From positions 18,077 through 82,076 of the forward strand of contig CAVRPV010000019.1 in the NCBI GenBank assembly GCA_963723235.1: 64,000 nucleotides of DNA, in the 5' to 3' direction. Of the stretch, positions 36,099-45,403 are shown in pieces; the stretch's first letter is position 1; every line of letters starts with the position of its first letter. This DNA is from an uncultured delta proteobacterium (GTDB lineage Bacteria > Desulfobacterota > WTBG01 > CAIYCZ01 > CAIRTM01). The notes under the pieces are model-generated. The model searched no databases, had not been told where the DNA came from, and saw only the letters and a list, made by a program, of their open reading frames with translations. The position numbers were made by a program, and so were the translations under genes.

Positions 36099-36941
36099 AT
36101 GAACGAACATTCACAGAGCGCAGCGTCGGATTTGATCACCATGGCCCTGGCCGAGGACCTCGGCAGCGGTGATATAACCACTGCACTGCTGATAGATCCG
36201 CAGCAGGCGGGCCGTGCCGTGATTATTGCCCGGCAGGATCTTGTATGTTGCGGCCTGGACGTGGTAGAGCAGGTATACGCGCGCATTAATGCTGATGTCA
36301 GCATGCACAGGCTTACCAATGAAGATGAGCGCGTCTCCTCCGGCAGCACCATGGCCGAGCTGCAGGGACCTTTCCACGCGCTGTTGACCGGGGAGCGTGT
36401 CGCGCTCAATTTCCTGCAGCGTCTCTCGGGCATTGCTACGCTTACACGGACGTTCGTCGATGCCATCTCGCATACCCGGGCTACATTGCTCGATACCCGC
36501 AAGACAACCCCGGGCTGGCGCGTCCTCGAAAAAATGGCCGTGCGCTGCGGAGGCGGTGCCAACCATCGCATGGGCCTTTTTGACGCAATCCTGATCAAGG
36601 AAAATCACATTGCCGCCTGCGGCGGCATCAAGCCCGCCCTTGAAAAAACACGGGCGGGCGGGCGGCATATGAAAATTGAAATCGAGGTGCGCTCGCTGGA
36701 TGAATGTAAGCAGGCCCTTGACTGCGGGCCCGACATGATCCTGCTTGACAACATGTCGTGTGACGATATGCGCCGTGCCGTGGCCCTGAATGCGGGCCGG
36801 GTCCTGCTTGAGGCTTCCGGCAATGTCAGCCGTACAACCATCGCAGATATTGCCGCAACCGGTGTCGATTATATTTCAGTGGGCGCGCTGACGCATTCGG
36901 CTCCGGCAGCCGATGTAAGCATGCTGATTGAACCGGCATAA
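36099..36941 (+). CDS. nadC: Nicotinate-nucleotide diphosphorylase (carboxylating)
   Basis: Start taken at MNEHSQSAA (36099), inside the longer ORF that overlaps valS. NadC-like LAEDLGSGDIT, RKTTPG, HR.GL.D..LIKENH. Confidence 0.9.
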   Translation: MNEHSQSAASDLITMALAEDLGSGDITTALLIDPQQAGRAVIIARQDLVCCGLDVVEQVYARINADVSMHRLTNEDERVSSGSTMAELQGPFHALLTGERVALNFLQRLSGIATLTRTFVDAISHTRATLLDTRKTTPGWRVLEKMAVRCGGGANHRMGLFDAILIKENHIAACGGIKPALEKTRAGGRHMKIEIEVRSLDECKQALDCGPDMILLDNMSCDDMRRAVALNAGRVLLEASGNVSRTTIADIAATGVDYISVGALTHSAPAADVSMLIEPA

Positions 36942-36976
36942 TGCACCGATGCTCTCGATTGCAGGATCGCGTTAAC

Positions 36977-37123
36977 AGGTACTAAAAATGTATCTTTTTC
37001 AGGTTGTTCAAAAATATCTGGATGCAAGGCGCGCGAAGCCGGGAGAAATGAGGCGTACTTTCCGTACGCCGCAATGAAAAACGGCGAGCGCAACGCAGCA
37101 GACGGGTATTTTTCAACAACCTG
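36977..37123 (+). repeat. Family-1 element, copy I (diverged arms GGTTGTTC / CAACAACC)
   Basis: Both arms carry the complementary change (GGTTGTT ... AACAACC) relative to the consensus GGCTGTT ... AACAGCC. Confidence 0.85.
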
Positions 37124-37150
37124 CCAAACTCCCGAAGAACGGTGAATACT

Positions 37151-37915
37151 ATGCTCATTACAATTGATATCGGCAATACCAACACGACGATCGGCCTTTT
37201 CAATGAAGCTACGCTGCTCGACTTCTGGCATGTGGGAACCGATACGCACCGGACCGCCGATGAATACCGCTTCGTGCTGGAGGCCCTGATCAAGGGAGCC
37301 GACATTTCACTGCGACAGGTTCAGGGCGCATGCATCGCCAGCGTGGTGCCGCAGCTTACTGCCACCTGGCAGCAACTGTGCGAACGCTGCTTCGGCGTCC
37401 CAACCCTGGTGGTCGACGCCGATTCGCACCTCGGCATAACCATATACTATGACAACCCGCGCGAACTGGGCATCGACCGTGCGCTGGCCGCGGCAGCCGC
37501 CTACAAAAAATTCAACACTGACATGATCGTCATCGACTTCGGCACGGCCACGACCATGGACTACATAAGCAAACAGGGAGTCTTTCTGGGCGGCTCCATC
37601 ATGCCCGGCTTTAAAACCGCGTCCGAGGCGCTTTTCGAAAAAACGCGCAAACTGCCCCGCATAGAGTATGACCTGCCGCAGGGCATGCTGGGCACCAATA
37701 CGACCGCATGCCTGCAAATCGGCATTCTGGGCGGCTACTGCCTGATGATTGAAGCCATGGCAGAACGCATCAGGCAGCAGGTACAGGGCGCACCCACCGT
37801 GGTCGCCACCGGAGGCCTTGCCCCGCTGATTGCACGCCACACTGACGTCATAGAAGAGATTGATGAACACCTGCTGCTGCAGGGTTTAAAGCTGGCATAC
37901 GAGCTGAACAAGTAA
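37151..37915 (+). CDS. coaX: Type III pantothenate kinase
   Basis: MLITIDIGNTNT N-terminus and ...DFGTATT... motif. ATG at 37151 preferred over the GTG at 37142. Confidence 0.9.
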   Translation: MLITIDIGNTNTTIGLFNEATLLDFWHVGTDTHRTADEYRFVLEALIKGADISLRQVQGACIASVVPQLTATWQQLCERCFGVPTLVVDADSHLGITIYYDNPRELGIDRALAAAAAYKKFNTDMIVIDFGTATTMDYISKQGVFLGGSIMPGFKTASEALFEKTRKLPRIEYDLPQGMLGTNTTACLQIGILGGYCLMIEAMAERIRQQVQGAPTVVATGGLAPLIARHTDVIEEIDEHLLLQGLKLAYELNK

Positions 37916-37947
37916 AAAGGTTCAACTTTGACGGTCACACAAAAGTT

Positions 37948-38026
37948 CGTCACACCGCTGAAAACCGGTGTCCAGTACTTTCGCAAGATCCGGTAATTCC
38001 TGGATTCCGGCTTTCGCCGGAATGAC
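37948..38026 (-). repeat. Family-2 twin-hairpin element (reverse orientation)
   Basis: CGTCACACCGCTGAAAACCGGTGTCC ... GGATTCCGGCTTTCGCCGGAATGAC. Confidence 0.85.
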
Positions 38027-38070
38027 GGGAAACAGACAATCCGGTCTTCAAGAAGAAGTATCAACCTACC

Positions 38071-38234
38071 GCTGAAAGTTTATTAAGATAAATCGGTTCG
38101 GGCTGTTCAAAAATGTTCAGATGCAAGGCGCGCGAAGTCATGAGGAATGAGGCGTACTGTTGCGTACGCCGCAAAGACGAATGACGAGCGCAATCCCGCC
38201 ATGGCGGGACAGATAAGCGTTTTTCAACAGCCCG
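38071..38234 (+). repeat. Family-1 element, copy J
   Basis: Left arm at 38101, GGCGTACTGTTGCGTACGCC hairpin, TCCCGCCATGGCGGGA hairpin, right arm TTTTTCAACAGCCCG ending at 38234. Confidence 0.88.
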
Positions 38235-38250
38235 CTAAGAAAGGATTTCA

Positions 38251-38805
38251 ATGATTGGCCTGCTTACCCTGATCCACTATGCCGCCTGGCTATACATGAT
38301 GATCGTGATTGTGCGGGCGCTGCTCTCGTGGGTAAATCCCGACCCCCGCAACCCGGTTGTGGTATTCCTGCGTCGCGCAACCGACCCGCCCCTGTACTTT
38401 ATCCGCAGGAACTTCCCGCTGCCGCGCACCGCCATTGACCTTTCGCCGATCATACTGCTGATAGCCCTGATGCTGATCGACACCTTCATTGAACTCACAC
38501 TGCAGAACCTCCGGCTGCAGCTGCCGGTAAATGTTGCCCGCAATCTGCTGTATGCAGTCGTGATGGCAGTCCTGTCACTGTTGCGGATATATATGTTCAT
38601 CATCATAATACGAACGATAATTTCCTGGGTAAACCCGGACCCGTATAATTTCCTGGTCCGTGCTATTTACGATATTACCGAACCGGTTCTGGACCGGGTT
38701 CGCAGACTGCTGCCGGTTGCCATGGGTGGTTTTGATTTTTCACCGGTTATTGTTATTGTCATACTCTATGCCGTCAGCAACCTGCTGGTATCCATACTGC
38801 GTTAA
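38251..38805 (+). CDS. yggT: YggT family membrane protein (two tandem YGGT repeats)
   Basis: 184 aa. Duplicated ...R.L.SWVNPDP.N... motif. Confidence 0.85.
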   Translation: MIGLLTLIHYAAWLYMMIVIVRALLSWVNPDPRNPVVVFLRRATDPPLYFIRRNFPLPRTAIDLSPIILLIALMLIDTFIELTLQNLRLQLPVNVARNLLYAVVMAVLSLLRIYMFIIIIRTIISWVNPDPYNFLVRAIYDITEPVLDRVRRLLPVAMGGFDFSPVIVIVILYAVSNLLVSILR

Positions 38806-38819
38806 ACGAGGAGTGGATT

Positions 38820-39686
38820 ATGCCGAAGATACAACACAACCCACGGGAAACAAACGAGCCGCACGGAGTTTCGCTTCAGGCCTCTGATGTGCTGCAGCAG
38901 ACCTTTGCAGTTACATTTCGCGGGTATGACAGGCTGGACGTTGATTCCTATCTTGAAATTGTCGCCCAGGAAATGGATCGCCTGAACAATCATACTATGA
39001 CGTTGATTGATGACCTGAAAGCGGCCCGGCAGGAACTCTCACTCCTGGAGAAACAAAAGGAAAACATCAATGAGGCCCTGATAACAGTACAAAAACTGGC
39101 CGGGGAAGTACAAAAGAAAGCGCAGGCAGAGGCAGAACGCCTGATGAAAGAAACACGGGACAAAGCCCGGGAGATCGTTACACAGGCGCAGGCACAGATG
39201 CAGGCCCAGAAGGATGAGATCACCCGCATGCGTGAGCGCGCGGAAAGCGAGGCCCGGAACTGTGTTGATGCAGCCCGTCAGGAGGCTGCGCGCATTATAA
39301 ACGAGGCGCATGAACAAGCCTCAAAGAGTCATGAGGAGGCCGACAGCATTACGAGTCAGGCGCAGGATCAGGCCCGCGCGCTGATTGAAGACAGCCGCAG
39401 TCAGGCGGACGCAATCCTGGATGAGGCCCGCACAAAAAACACTGCGGCACAGGAAGAAGCCGACCGCATCCGGGCGCAGGCCGCACAGGAAGCCCAAGCC
39501 ATTATCGACAAGGAACGCGCAGAATCAGAGCATTTGCAGGAAGATCTGCAGCGTTCTCACACAAAACTGCAGGATGAACTTGCGGTGCTCACGCAGCAAA
39601 AAAATCAGTTCGAAACATCATTTCGCGCTTTGATTGAAACCCACCTGAAGCTGATGGAAGGCAATGGAGAGCAAAAGTCCGACTGA
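38820..39686 (+). CDS. DivIVA domain-containing coiled-coil protein
   Basis: FAVTFRGYDRLDVDSYLEIV DivIVA N-terminal motif followed by a long Ala/Gln/Glu-rich coiled coil. Confidence 0.85.
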   Translation: MPKIQHNPRETNEPHGVSLQASDVLQQTFAVTFRGYDRLDVDSYLEIVAQEMDRLNNHTMTLIDDLKAARQELSLLEKQKENINEALITVQKLAGEVQKKAQAEAERLMKETRDKAREIVTQAQAQMQAQKDEITRMRERAESEARNCVDAARQEAARIINEAHEQASKSHEEADSITSQAQDQARALIEDSRSQADAILDEARTKNTAAQEEADRIRAQAAQEAQAIIDKERAESEHLQEDLQRSHTKLQDELAVLTQQKNQFETSFRALIETHLKLMEGNGEQKSD

Positions 39687-39984
39687 CACGCCTGTGAGGG
39701 AGGTTGAGAACGGCGTTGAACTGCACATCAACGTGCTGCCGCGCTCATCGCGCAACGCTGTCGCGGGTTTTCAGGACAACTGCCTGAAAATAAAAATCAG
39801 CAAACCGCCGGTTGACGGGCAGGCCAATGCCGCGTGTTGCCGACTGCTCTCAGAACTCTTCAACATACCCGCTTCAAAAATCACGGTCGTGCGCGGACAC
39901 GCCAGCCGGAGAAAGACCGTCAGGCTTGAAGGGCTCAGCCCGGCAGCAGCCCGCGAGGCACTGCGTTCCATCGTGCAAAGTTGA
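39664..39984 (+). CDS. yggU: DUF167/YggU family protein
   Basis: 106 aa. HINVLPRSSRNAV...KISKPPVDGQANAA...VVRGHASRRK. Confidence 0.85.
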   Translation: MESKSPTDTPVREVENGVELHINVLPRSSRNAVAGFQDNCLKIKISKPPVDGQANAACCRLLSELFNIPASKITVVRGHASRRKTVRLEGLSPAAAREALRSIVQS

Positions 39985-40018
39985 CGCACCTGCAAAAAGT
40001 CTGAAAATGCTATTTTCA

Positions 40019-40097
40019 GTCATTCCGGCGCAGGCCGGAATCCAGAAATCTCAGCCACGTAGAAAGACACTGGACACCGGCCTTCACCGGTGTGACG
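40019..40097 (+). repeat. Family-2 twin-hairpin element
   Basis: GTCATTCCGGCGCAGGCCGGAATCC ... GGACACCGGCCTTCACCGGTGTGACG. Confidence 0.85.
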
Positions 40098-40122
40098 AAT
40101 TTTGCTAAATCATCAAAGCTTA

Positions 40123-40187
40123 GTAGGGTGCGCCGTGCGCACCGTCGGACAATGCGGTTTTTTGATGGTGCGCATGGCGCACCCTAC
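40123..40187. repeat. Family-3 REP doublet (REPIN-like), GTGCGC class
   Basis: GTAGGGTGCGCCGTGCGCACC ... GGTGCGCATGGCGCACCCTAC. Confidence 0.8.
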
Positions 40188-40207
40188 ACGCTGGACACTG
40201 ATCAATA

Positions 40208-40363
40208 GGATGCGGAAAAAGTACTTGATATGGGCTGTTCAAAAATGCCCGGGTACAAGGCGCGTGATGTCATTTGTAAGGGCAAGGCATGCCGTGCCCC
40301 TACCCTAGCACGGTGAGCACAATCCCGCCATGGCGGGATAGACGGACGTTTTTCAACAGCCCG
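40208..40363 (+). repeat. Family-1 element, copy K (palindrome module)
   Basis: Left arm at 40233. GTAAGGGCAAGGCATGCCGTGCCCCTAC at 40276..40303. TCCCGCCATGGCGGGA hairpin. Right arm ends at 40363, 7 nt from the SDR stop. Confidence 0.88.
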
Positions 40364-40370
40364 CCCCCAC

Positions 40371-41135
40371 CTACAGGCGTGCGCCGCCCGACACCTCGAT
40401 GGTCTGGCCGGTAATAAAATCGGCATCCTCAGACGCAAGGAACAGGATGCAGTTGGCGACATCTGCAGGCCGGGCAACGCGGCCCAGCGGGTAGCGCCCG
40501 GCCGCATCCGTGCTGATGGCATCCCACATCTCAGAGCCGACCTGGTCCTTGATCGCAGCCACATCAACCAGCGCGGGAGCGACAGCATTGACATTGACGT
40601 TATACATCCCCAGATTCATGGCCATGCCGCGGGTGAATGAAAAGATACCGCCCTTGGACGCGGCATAGCTGTGCTGCATCGGCGTGGGCGCTCCCCGATA
40701 GCAGACCGAACACATGTTAACTATTTTGCCGCTCTCCTGCGCCATCATGATTTTTGAGGCTTCGCGGCAGCACAGCATGCACGAGGTCAGATTGATACTC
40801 AAATTGCGGGCAATGCCCTCAGCGCTCATTTCGTCAAACCCGATCATGGCCTCATAGTCGCCGCCGGCAATGTTGACCAAAATATCAAGGCGATCAACGT
40901 GCTGTCGTGTTTTTTCAAACAGGGCCACAATTTCAGCTTCACTGGTGAGATCGGCCTGCAGAAAAATACTGCTCCCGGCCTGTGCGCCCAGCGCCTCCAG
41001 CGTGTGCTGCCCCCTGTGCGCATCAATGTCGCTGAGAATGAGCGTGGCACCCTCAGCGGCAAACCGCAGGGCCGTAGCACGACCGATATCGCCGGCAACT
41101 CCGGTAATCAAGGCATTTTTTTGCGCGAGTCGCAT
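40371..41135 (-). CDS. Short-chain dehydrogenase/reductase (SDR) family oxidoreductase
   Basis: ALITGVAGDIGRA cofactor motif and YAASKGG catalytic motif. Start at MRLAQKN (41135), preceded by GAGAGG. Confidence 0.85.
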   Translation of the reverse strand: MRLAQKNALITGVAGDIGRATALRFAAEGATLILSDIDAHRGQHTLEALGAQAGSSIFLQADLTSEAEIVALFEKTRQHVDRLDILVNIAGGDYEAMIGFDEMSAEGIARNLSINLTSCMLCCREASKIMMAQESGKIVNMCSVCYRGAPTPMQHSYAASKGGIFSFTRGMAMNLGMYNVNVNAVAPALVDVAAIKDQVGSEMWDAISTDAAGRYPLGRVARPADVANCILFLASEDADFITGQTIEVSGGARL

Positions 41136-41269
41136 AACACACATCCTCTCTCTTTGGCTGGCAGCCCGGGGCTGCGTATTAATTATAAAACCGGCCACAT
41201 ACTGCCGGCTTTGAAAACGCTTATGACCTGACTGTAAAGGGACACCGGAACGCTCAGGATAGCCCGGCC

Positions 41270-42076
41270 TTATGCCGCGCCTGCGGCGAGGCCTGTCCTT
41301 TCACGCGCGACAGCGGAAGCATACACAAGCTCAATGCCGCTGTGCTTGATTTCCTTCAAAAACCCTTCGAGCACCCGCACGGTTTCAGGGCGGGGATGAC
41401 CAATGGCAATCGCGCTGCCTGTTCTCAGGGCCCGGCGTTTTGCCTCAAGCAGTTGCCCGTAAATAGCTTCTGCTTCCAGCGAATTATCAATAAAAAAATT
41501 CCTGTACGCCGCTATCATATTAAACTCGCGGGCCGTACGAAACGCGACGGAATGGCTTGAGGTAAAACTGTCAACAAAGAAAAATGAGCGCTGCCGGAAA
41601 ATATCGAGCATGTCGGAAACAGGGGGGCGTGATTCGGTAAACAAAGATCCCATGTGATTGTTCACGCCGCAGGCAAAGGGCAGCTCCGCCAGGTTCTGCC
41701 GGATAATTGCCTCCATGTCTGCGCGCGTATGCTGCACATACAGTGCACCGGGCCCCGGATCTGCAACGTCACCGTGCGGCTGCATGGGCTGATGCAGCAT
41801 GATTTCATGACCGGCATGGTGAATGTCTTCGGCCAGTTGAGCCGAATACGTAACCTTCGGCAGAATGGAAAAGGTCAACGGAACCCCCAGCTGTAAAAAA
41901 GCCCGGGCGTTGCTGCGATTATAGCCGACATCGTCAATAATAATGGCCAGCCTGGCCGGAGTGCTTTGAGCGGCATCCGTTGCCGCGCGCAGGCACTCTG
42001 TTGGTGTGAACAGCGCGGCTGCCGCGACAAACGAGGCCTGTTTTAAAAACGTACGACGTGAGCTGCGGCTTTGCAT
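41270..42076 (-). CDS. Divergent polysaccharide deacetylase (YibQ-like) with a Tat-type signal
   Basis: MQSRSSRRTFLKQASFVAAAAL twin-arginine leader. LAIIIDDVGYN...LTFSILP...HQPM motifs. Confidence 0.78.
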   Translation of the reverse strand: MQSRSSRRTFLKQASFVAAAALFTPTECLRAATDAAQSTPARLAIIIDDVGYNRSNARAFLQLGVPLTFSILPKVTYSAQLAEDIHHAGHEIMLHQPMQPHGDVADPGPGALYVQHTRADMEAIIRQNLAELPFACGVNNHMGSLFTESRPPVSDMLDIFRQRSFFFVDSFTSSHSVAFRTAREFNMIAAYRNFFIDNSLEAEAIYGQLLEAKRRALRTGSAIAIGHPRPETVRVLEGFLKEIKHSGIELVYASAVARERTGLAAGAA

Positions 42077-42188
42077 GGCATTCCATTCACAGATGTAACG
42101 GCTTGGATTCACTATACAAACCGGTGCCTGAAAAGTCAACCTCAGGCACACTTTCTACTATAGCACACCACTGCTGCCGGTTAACAGC

Positions 42189-42452
42189 TTGAGGAAAAAT
42201 CAATTGTTCTCTACAGCATGTAACTTTTTTGTGTACCCTGTTTCTTTTGCTGTCATCTCGAACCCGGATGGCAAGGCAGGCTGCGGGAGAGATGTTATGA
42301 GGATTGATGAGGCGCTACTATTTCGTACGCTCGCAAATGACAAAGTGCACGAACACAAGGCTGCAATGCCCTTCAGGGCGAAGCATGCAGTGGCCGTACC
42401 GTACGCCGCAATGAGTGACGAACGCAGCAGACGGACGTTTCGGGAAAGCCTG
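42189..42452 (+). repeat. Family-1 element, copy L (decayed, internally duplicated)
   Basis: Degenerate arms (TTGAGGAAAAATC..., ...GTTTCGGGAAAGCCTG), two successive core-like blocks, and CCGTACCGTACGCCGCAATGAGTGACGAACGCAGCAGACGGACG. Ends 3 nt from the helicase stop. Confidence 0.6.
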
Positions 42453-42455
42453 TGC

Positions 42456-44426
42456 TCAAAAATCAAACAATGACGGCTGCTGCGACGGTTTTTGTTTGGC
42501 TTTAGCGCCTGATGGAACTGCGACCCGCCGCAGGCAGTCCTCTGGAATTTCAGCACTGAAGCGCGATGGAGCGCCAGGCAGACTTTGTCCGAAAACATAC
42601 CGGCTGCGGGCACTTGTTATATAGAGCCGATCGCGGGCTCTGGTCATGGCCACGTAAAAAAGCCGGCGCTCCTCCTCGACCTGCGCATCATCGTACTCTT
42701 CCTGGGGGTCCAGATGGCAGGGAAACAGGTTCTGCTCGGCTCCGGAAATAAAAACGACCGGAAATTCAAGCCCCTTGGCGCCATGCGCTGTCATCAGCCG
42801 CACGCATTCCTGCGCCGGCGCAAGGGATTCGCCTTCGCGCATCAGGTACACTTTCTTTAAGAACGCGCCTGCGGACCCGGCAGCCCCTTCCCGTGAAAAC
42901 GGCAGCGCTGCCGTGGCAAAGGCAAGCATATCCTCATCCGGTTCCAGACTGGCCGCAAATACCGAATCCCACAGCCAGTTTATCAATTGATAGAGCGGCA
43001 TGGAGGGGCTGCGGGCCTGAATGTCCTCAATCAGCGCACCCAGAATACGAATGCGCTCGCAGGCACGCTGCTGCAGGCCCGGCACGGTTTCGGGATTGCG
43101 GCACAACTGCACGAGCGGCACACCCTGCCGAACGGCCTCAGCGATCAGGCGCTCAGCGCTGCGCTCGCCCGGGCAAAAGTGGCCTGAGCGTAAAAGGTCG
43201 GCAACAGCCCCGTCGTTCGCCGGGTTGACCAGAATCTCAAGCAGATCCAGCAGTATTTGCACCTGGCTATTTTCAAAAAACCAATTGCCGGCGTGCTCGG
43301 CCACGGGGATGCCCCGCCGGTTAAGCGCTTTGAGCAAAGCCTGGCTCTGCTGGCGCAAACGGTAAAGAATGACAATGTCGCTGAAACTCCTGACGGACTC
43401 ATCCCCGCTGCACATGCTTTCAAAGCCGATGCCGCCCAGAAGCGACGCAATTTCAGAGGCAATCCAGTCGGCTTCCATATATTCATCGTCAAGCTCAACC
43501 ACATAAATTTTTGCGCCCTCGGGCCGCGTAGGACGCAACTGTTTTTCAATACGTATTTTGTTGTTCCGGATAACCTGCTGGGCCGCGTCGATAATGGTTG
43601 CCGAACTACGATAGTTATCGGCCAGATAGCACACGGTCGTGCCGGGGAAATCGATTTGAAAATTAAGGAAATTTTTAACCTGCGCACCCCTGAAGGCATA
43701 AATGGCCTGGTCAGCATCGCCCACCGCACACAGATTCGGATGCCGGCCGCATAACAGGCGCAGCAGAAGATACTGGGCCCGGCTGACATCCTGATATTCA
43801 TCGACCGAGACATGGCTGAAACGATCACGCAATGCCCCGGCTACAGCCGGGCGGGCCTGCAGCAGTTCCACCGTTTTCAAAATCAGATCATCAAAATCAA
43901 GCAGGCCCCGTCTGGTCAGCTCGGATTGATATGCCCGGCAAAAAGGGCTAAGCTTGTTGGGAGGTTGCGATGTGCTTTTTTCAAGGGCCAGCTGACGGCA
44001 CAAGCTCCGGGCGGTAGGCGCAGGGCCGTCGTTAACAAATGCGCCTGCCAGCTCGGCTATAAGTCTCTGCTGCGCCGGCGGGGAAATAATTGAAATCTCG
44101 TCCGGCAGGCCGATCAAATCACCGTGCTGCTTAAGTATATCGAAACACAGCGAGTGAAACGTGCCGACCGTAACGGGTGCGAGGTCAATGCCTGCGCTGC
44201 ACAGGGCCTGTGCCCGCTCGCGCATTTCATCAGCCGCCTTGACGGTGAACGTAAGCGCCAGCAGATTGCGGGGCGCAATGCGGGCCTGTTCGACGAGATA
44301 GGCCAGACGGTACACAAGCGTTCTGGTTTTCCCGGTTCCGGCTCCGGCAATGATCAGCACGGCACCATCAACGGTGCTGACCGCCGCGCGCTGTTCAGGA
44401 TTGAGTACCCGGAGAAAGTCTTTCAT
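42456..44426 (-). CDS. UvrD/Rep/PcrA family ATP-dependent DNA helicase
   Basis: 656 aa. Walker A AGAGTGKT, DEYQD motif, conserved C-terminal helicase blocks (TAHGAKGLEF, YVAMTRA). Confidence 0.9.
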   Translation of the reverse strand: MKDFLRVLNPEQRAAVSTVDGAVLIIAGAGTGKTRTLVYRLAYLVEQARIAPRNLLALTFTVKAADEMRERAQALCSAGIDLAPVTVGTFHSLCFDILKQHGDLIGLPDEISIISPPAQQRLIAELAGAFVNDGPAPTARSLCRQLALEKSTSQPPNKLSPFCRAYQSELTRRGLLDFDDLILKTVELLQARPAVAGALRDRFSHVSVDEYQDVSRAQYLLLRLLCGRHPNLCAVGDADQAIYAFRGAQVKNFLNFQIDFPGTTVCYLADNYRSSATIIDAAQQVIRNNKIRIEKQLRPTRPEGAKIYVVELDDEYMEADWIASEIASLLGGIGFESMCSGDESVRSFSDIVILYRLRQQSQALLKALNRRGIPVAEHAGNWFFENSQVQILLDLLEILVNPANDGAVADLLRSGHFCPGERSAERLIAEAVRQGVPLVQLCRNPETVPGLQQRACERIRILGALIEDIQARSPSMPLYQLINWLWDSVFAASLEPDEDMLAFATAALPFSREGAAGSAGAFLKKVYLMREGESLAPAQECVRLMTAHGAKGLEFPVVFISGAEQNLFPCHLDPQEEYDDAQVEEERRLFYVAMTRARDRLYITSARSRYVFGQSLPGAPSRFSAEIPEDCLRRVAVPSGAKAKQKPSQQPSLFDF

Positions 44427-44444
44427 GACTGCTGCCGTCTAACA

Positions 44445-44514
44445 GGGTGTCGAATAAAATTTCCTTACAGGCTGTTCAAAAAAACTATAGCGGAAGACAG
44501 CACTTTTTCAAACA
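44445..44514 (+). repeat. Family-1 mini element, copy M
   Basis: Outer arm GGGTGTCGAATAAAATTTCCTTACAG, left arm GGCTGTTCAAAAAA at 44470, short core, degenerate right arm CTTTTTCAAACA. Confidence 0.55.
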
Positions 44515-44714
44515 TATTTCTTGCATCATCCGGTTTTTGTACCGACGAAAAGCCGGTTTTGTTGGGATAAAACAAGACGTTATGCTTTTATTTAAATCCC
44601 CCCTACCCCCCTTTTTCAAAGGGGGAGTTTTTAACAACAAAAAGACCTTGGACAACCGCCTGAACGGTACAAAAAACCAGAAGATCCATATTTCCTGAAG
44701 CGCCGAAGGCATGA

Positions 44715-44744
44715 TTGGTCAAATCGGTCAGAATCGGCTATAAT
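44715..44744 (+). promoter_or_regulatory. Sigma-70-like promoter candidate
   Basis: TTGGTC (44715..44720), 18-nt spacer, TATAAT (44739..44744), 45 nt upstream of the ATG at 44789. Confidence 0.4.
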
Positions 44745-44788
44745 GCGGCTTGACAAACACAGCGCTGACACAAAGGAGCTGCATACCA

Positions 44789-45289
44789 ATGATTGCTATT
44801 CACTTTCCCCGCGCTGTTGAGGAGAACCCCTGCGCACAGGCCCTGCACGACCTGTTCCGCGCGGCACAGGCCCGGCCCGGGCATGGACTGCCGGAGATAC
44901 AGCTGGATGCCCCGGTTACAACCGTGCTGCAGCGGGCCCTGCGCACAGGGCGGCTCAAGCGCGGATTTGATACCACACTTGAGGTTCTGGCCAATGAACG
45001 CAACGGCCTTGCACATCTGCGCCACAAAACCGGTACGGAACAAAAAGCGCGGGTATCGCGCCTTATCCTGATAAGCAACGATGCCTCTGAGCGGTTGCTT
45101 CGCGAGATTGCGCTCACACTGCAGCGCAATGCTCCGCGCGTGCTGGCCCTTGCCCTGCAGGCCAACAGCGCTACACTGGGCAGCCTGCTCTTTGGGCCGG
45201 ATACGAATGTCAAGGTGCTGCTGCTTGATCACAAGGACACGGTGGCCGAGATGCTCATTGCCGCAGCGCAGCAGCATGAAACCTGTTAG
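44789..45289 (+). CDS. Hypothetical protein (possibly L7Ae/YlxQ-like fold, weak)
   Basis: ATG at 44789 preceded by AAGGAG. RLILISNDASERLL...LG resembles the L7Ae/YlxQ pattern, but the similarity is weak. Confidence 0.45.
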   Translation: MIAIHFPRAVEENPCAQALHDLFRAAQARPGHGLPEIQLDAPVTTVLQRALRTGRLKRGFDTTLEVLANERNGLAHLRHKTGTEQKARVSRLILISNDASERLLREIALTLQRNAPRVLALALQANSATLGSLLFGPDTNVKVLLLDHKDTVAEMLIAAAQQHETC

Positions 45290-45291
45290 CA

Positions 45292-45382
45292 AAATGTTGC
45301 AAAAGTCTTTTCATACAGGCTGTTCAAAAATGTGCAGATGCAAGGCGCGCAACGCAGCAGATGTATGTTTTTCAACAGCCTG
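45292..45382 (+). repeat. Family-1 mini element, copy N
   Basis: Outer arm AAATGTTGCAAAAGTC. The left arm at 45318 is joined directly (…GCAAGGCGCG|CAACGCAGCAGATG…) to the right arm ending at 45382. CCTGTTAGCA is repeated at 45282..45291 and 45379..45388. Confidence 0.8.
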
Positions 45383-45403
45383 TTAGCAGATCGGGGACAG
45401 ACG

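Noticed and set aside
34805-36598. 597-aa ORF on the minus strand opposite valS and nadC
   Set aside because: It lies entirely antisense to two genes with unambiguous homology. Its product is an Arg/Ala/Ser-rich low-complexity sequence typical of the open antisense frames of GC-rich genes, and I see no recognisable domain.
44580-44640. The sequence AAATCCCCCCTACCCCCCTTTTTCAAAGGGGGAG as a member of another repeat family
   Set aside because: There is only a single occurrence in this window, so a family cannot be supported from the sequence available here.
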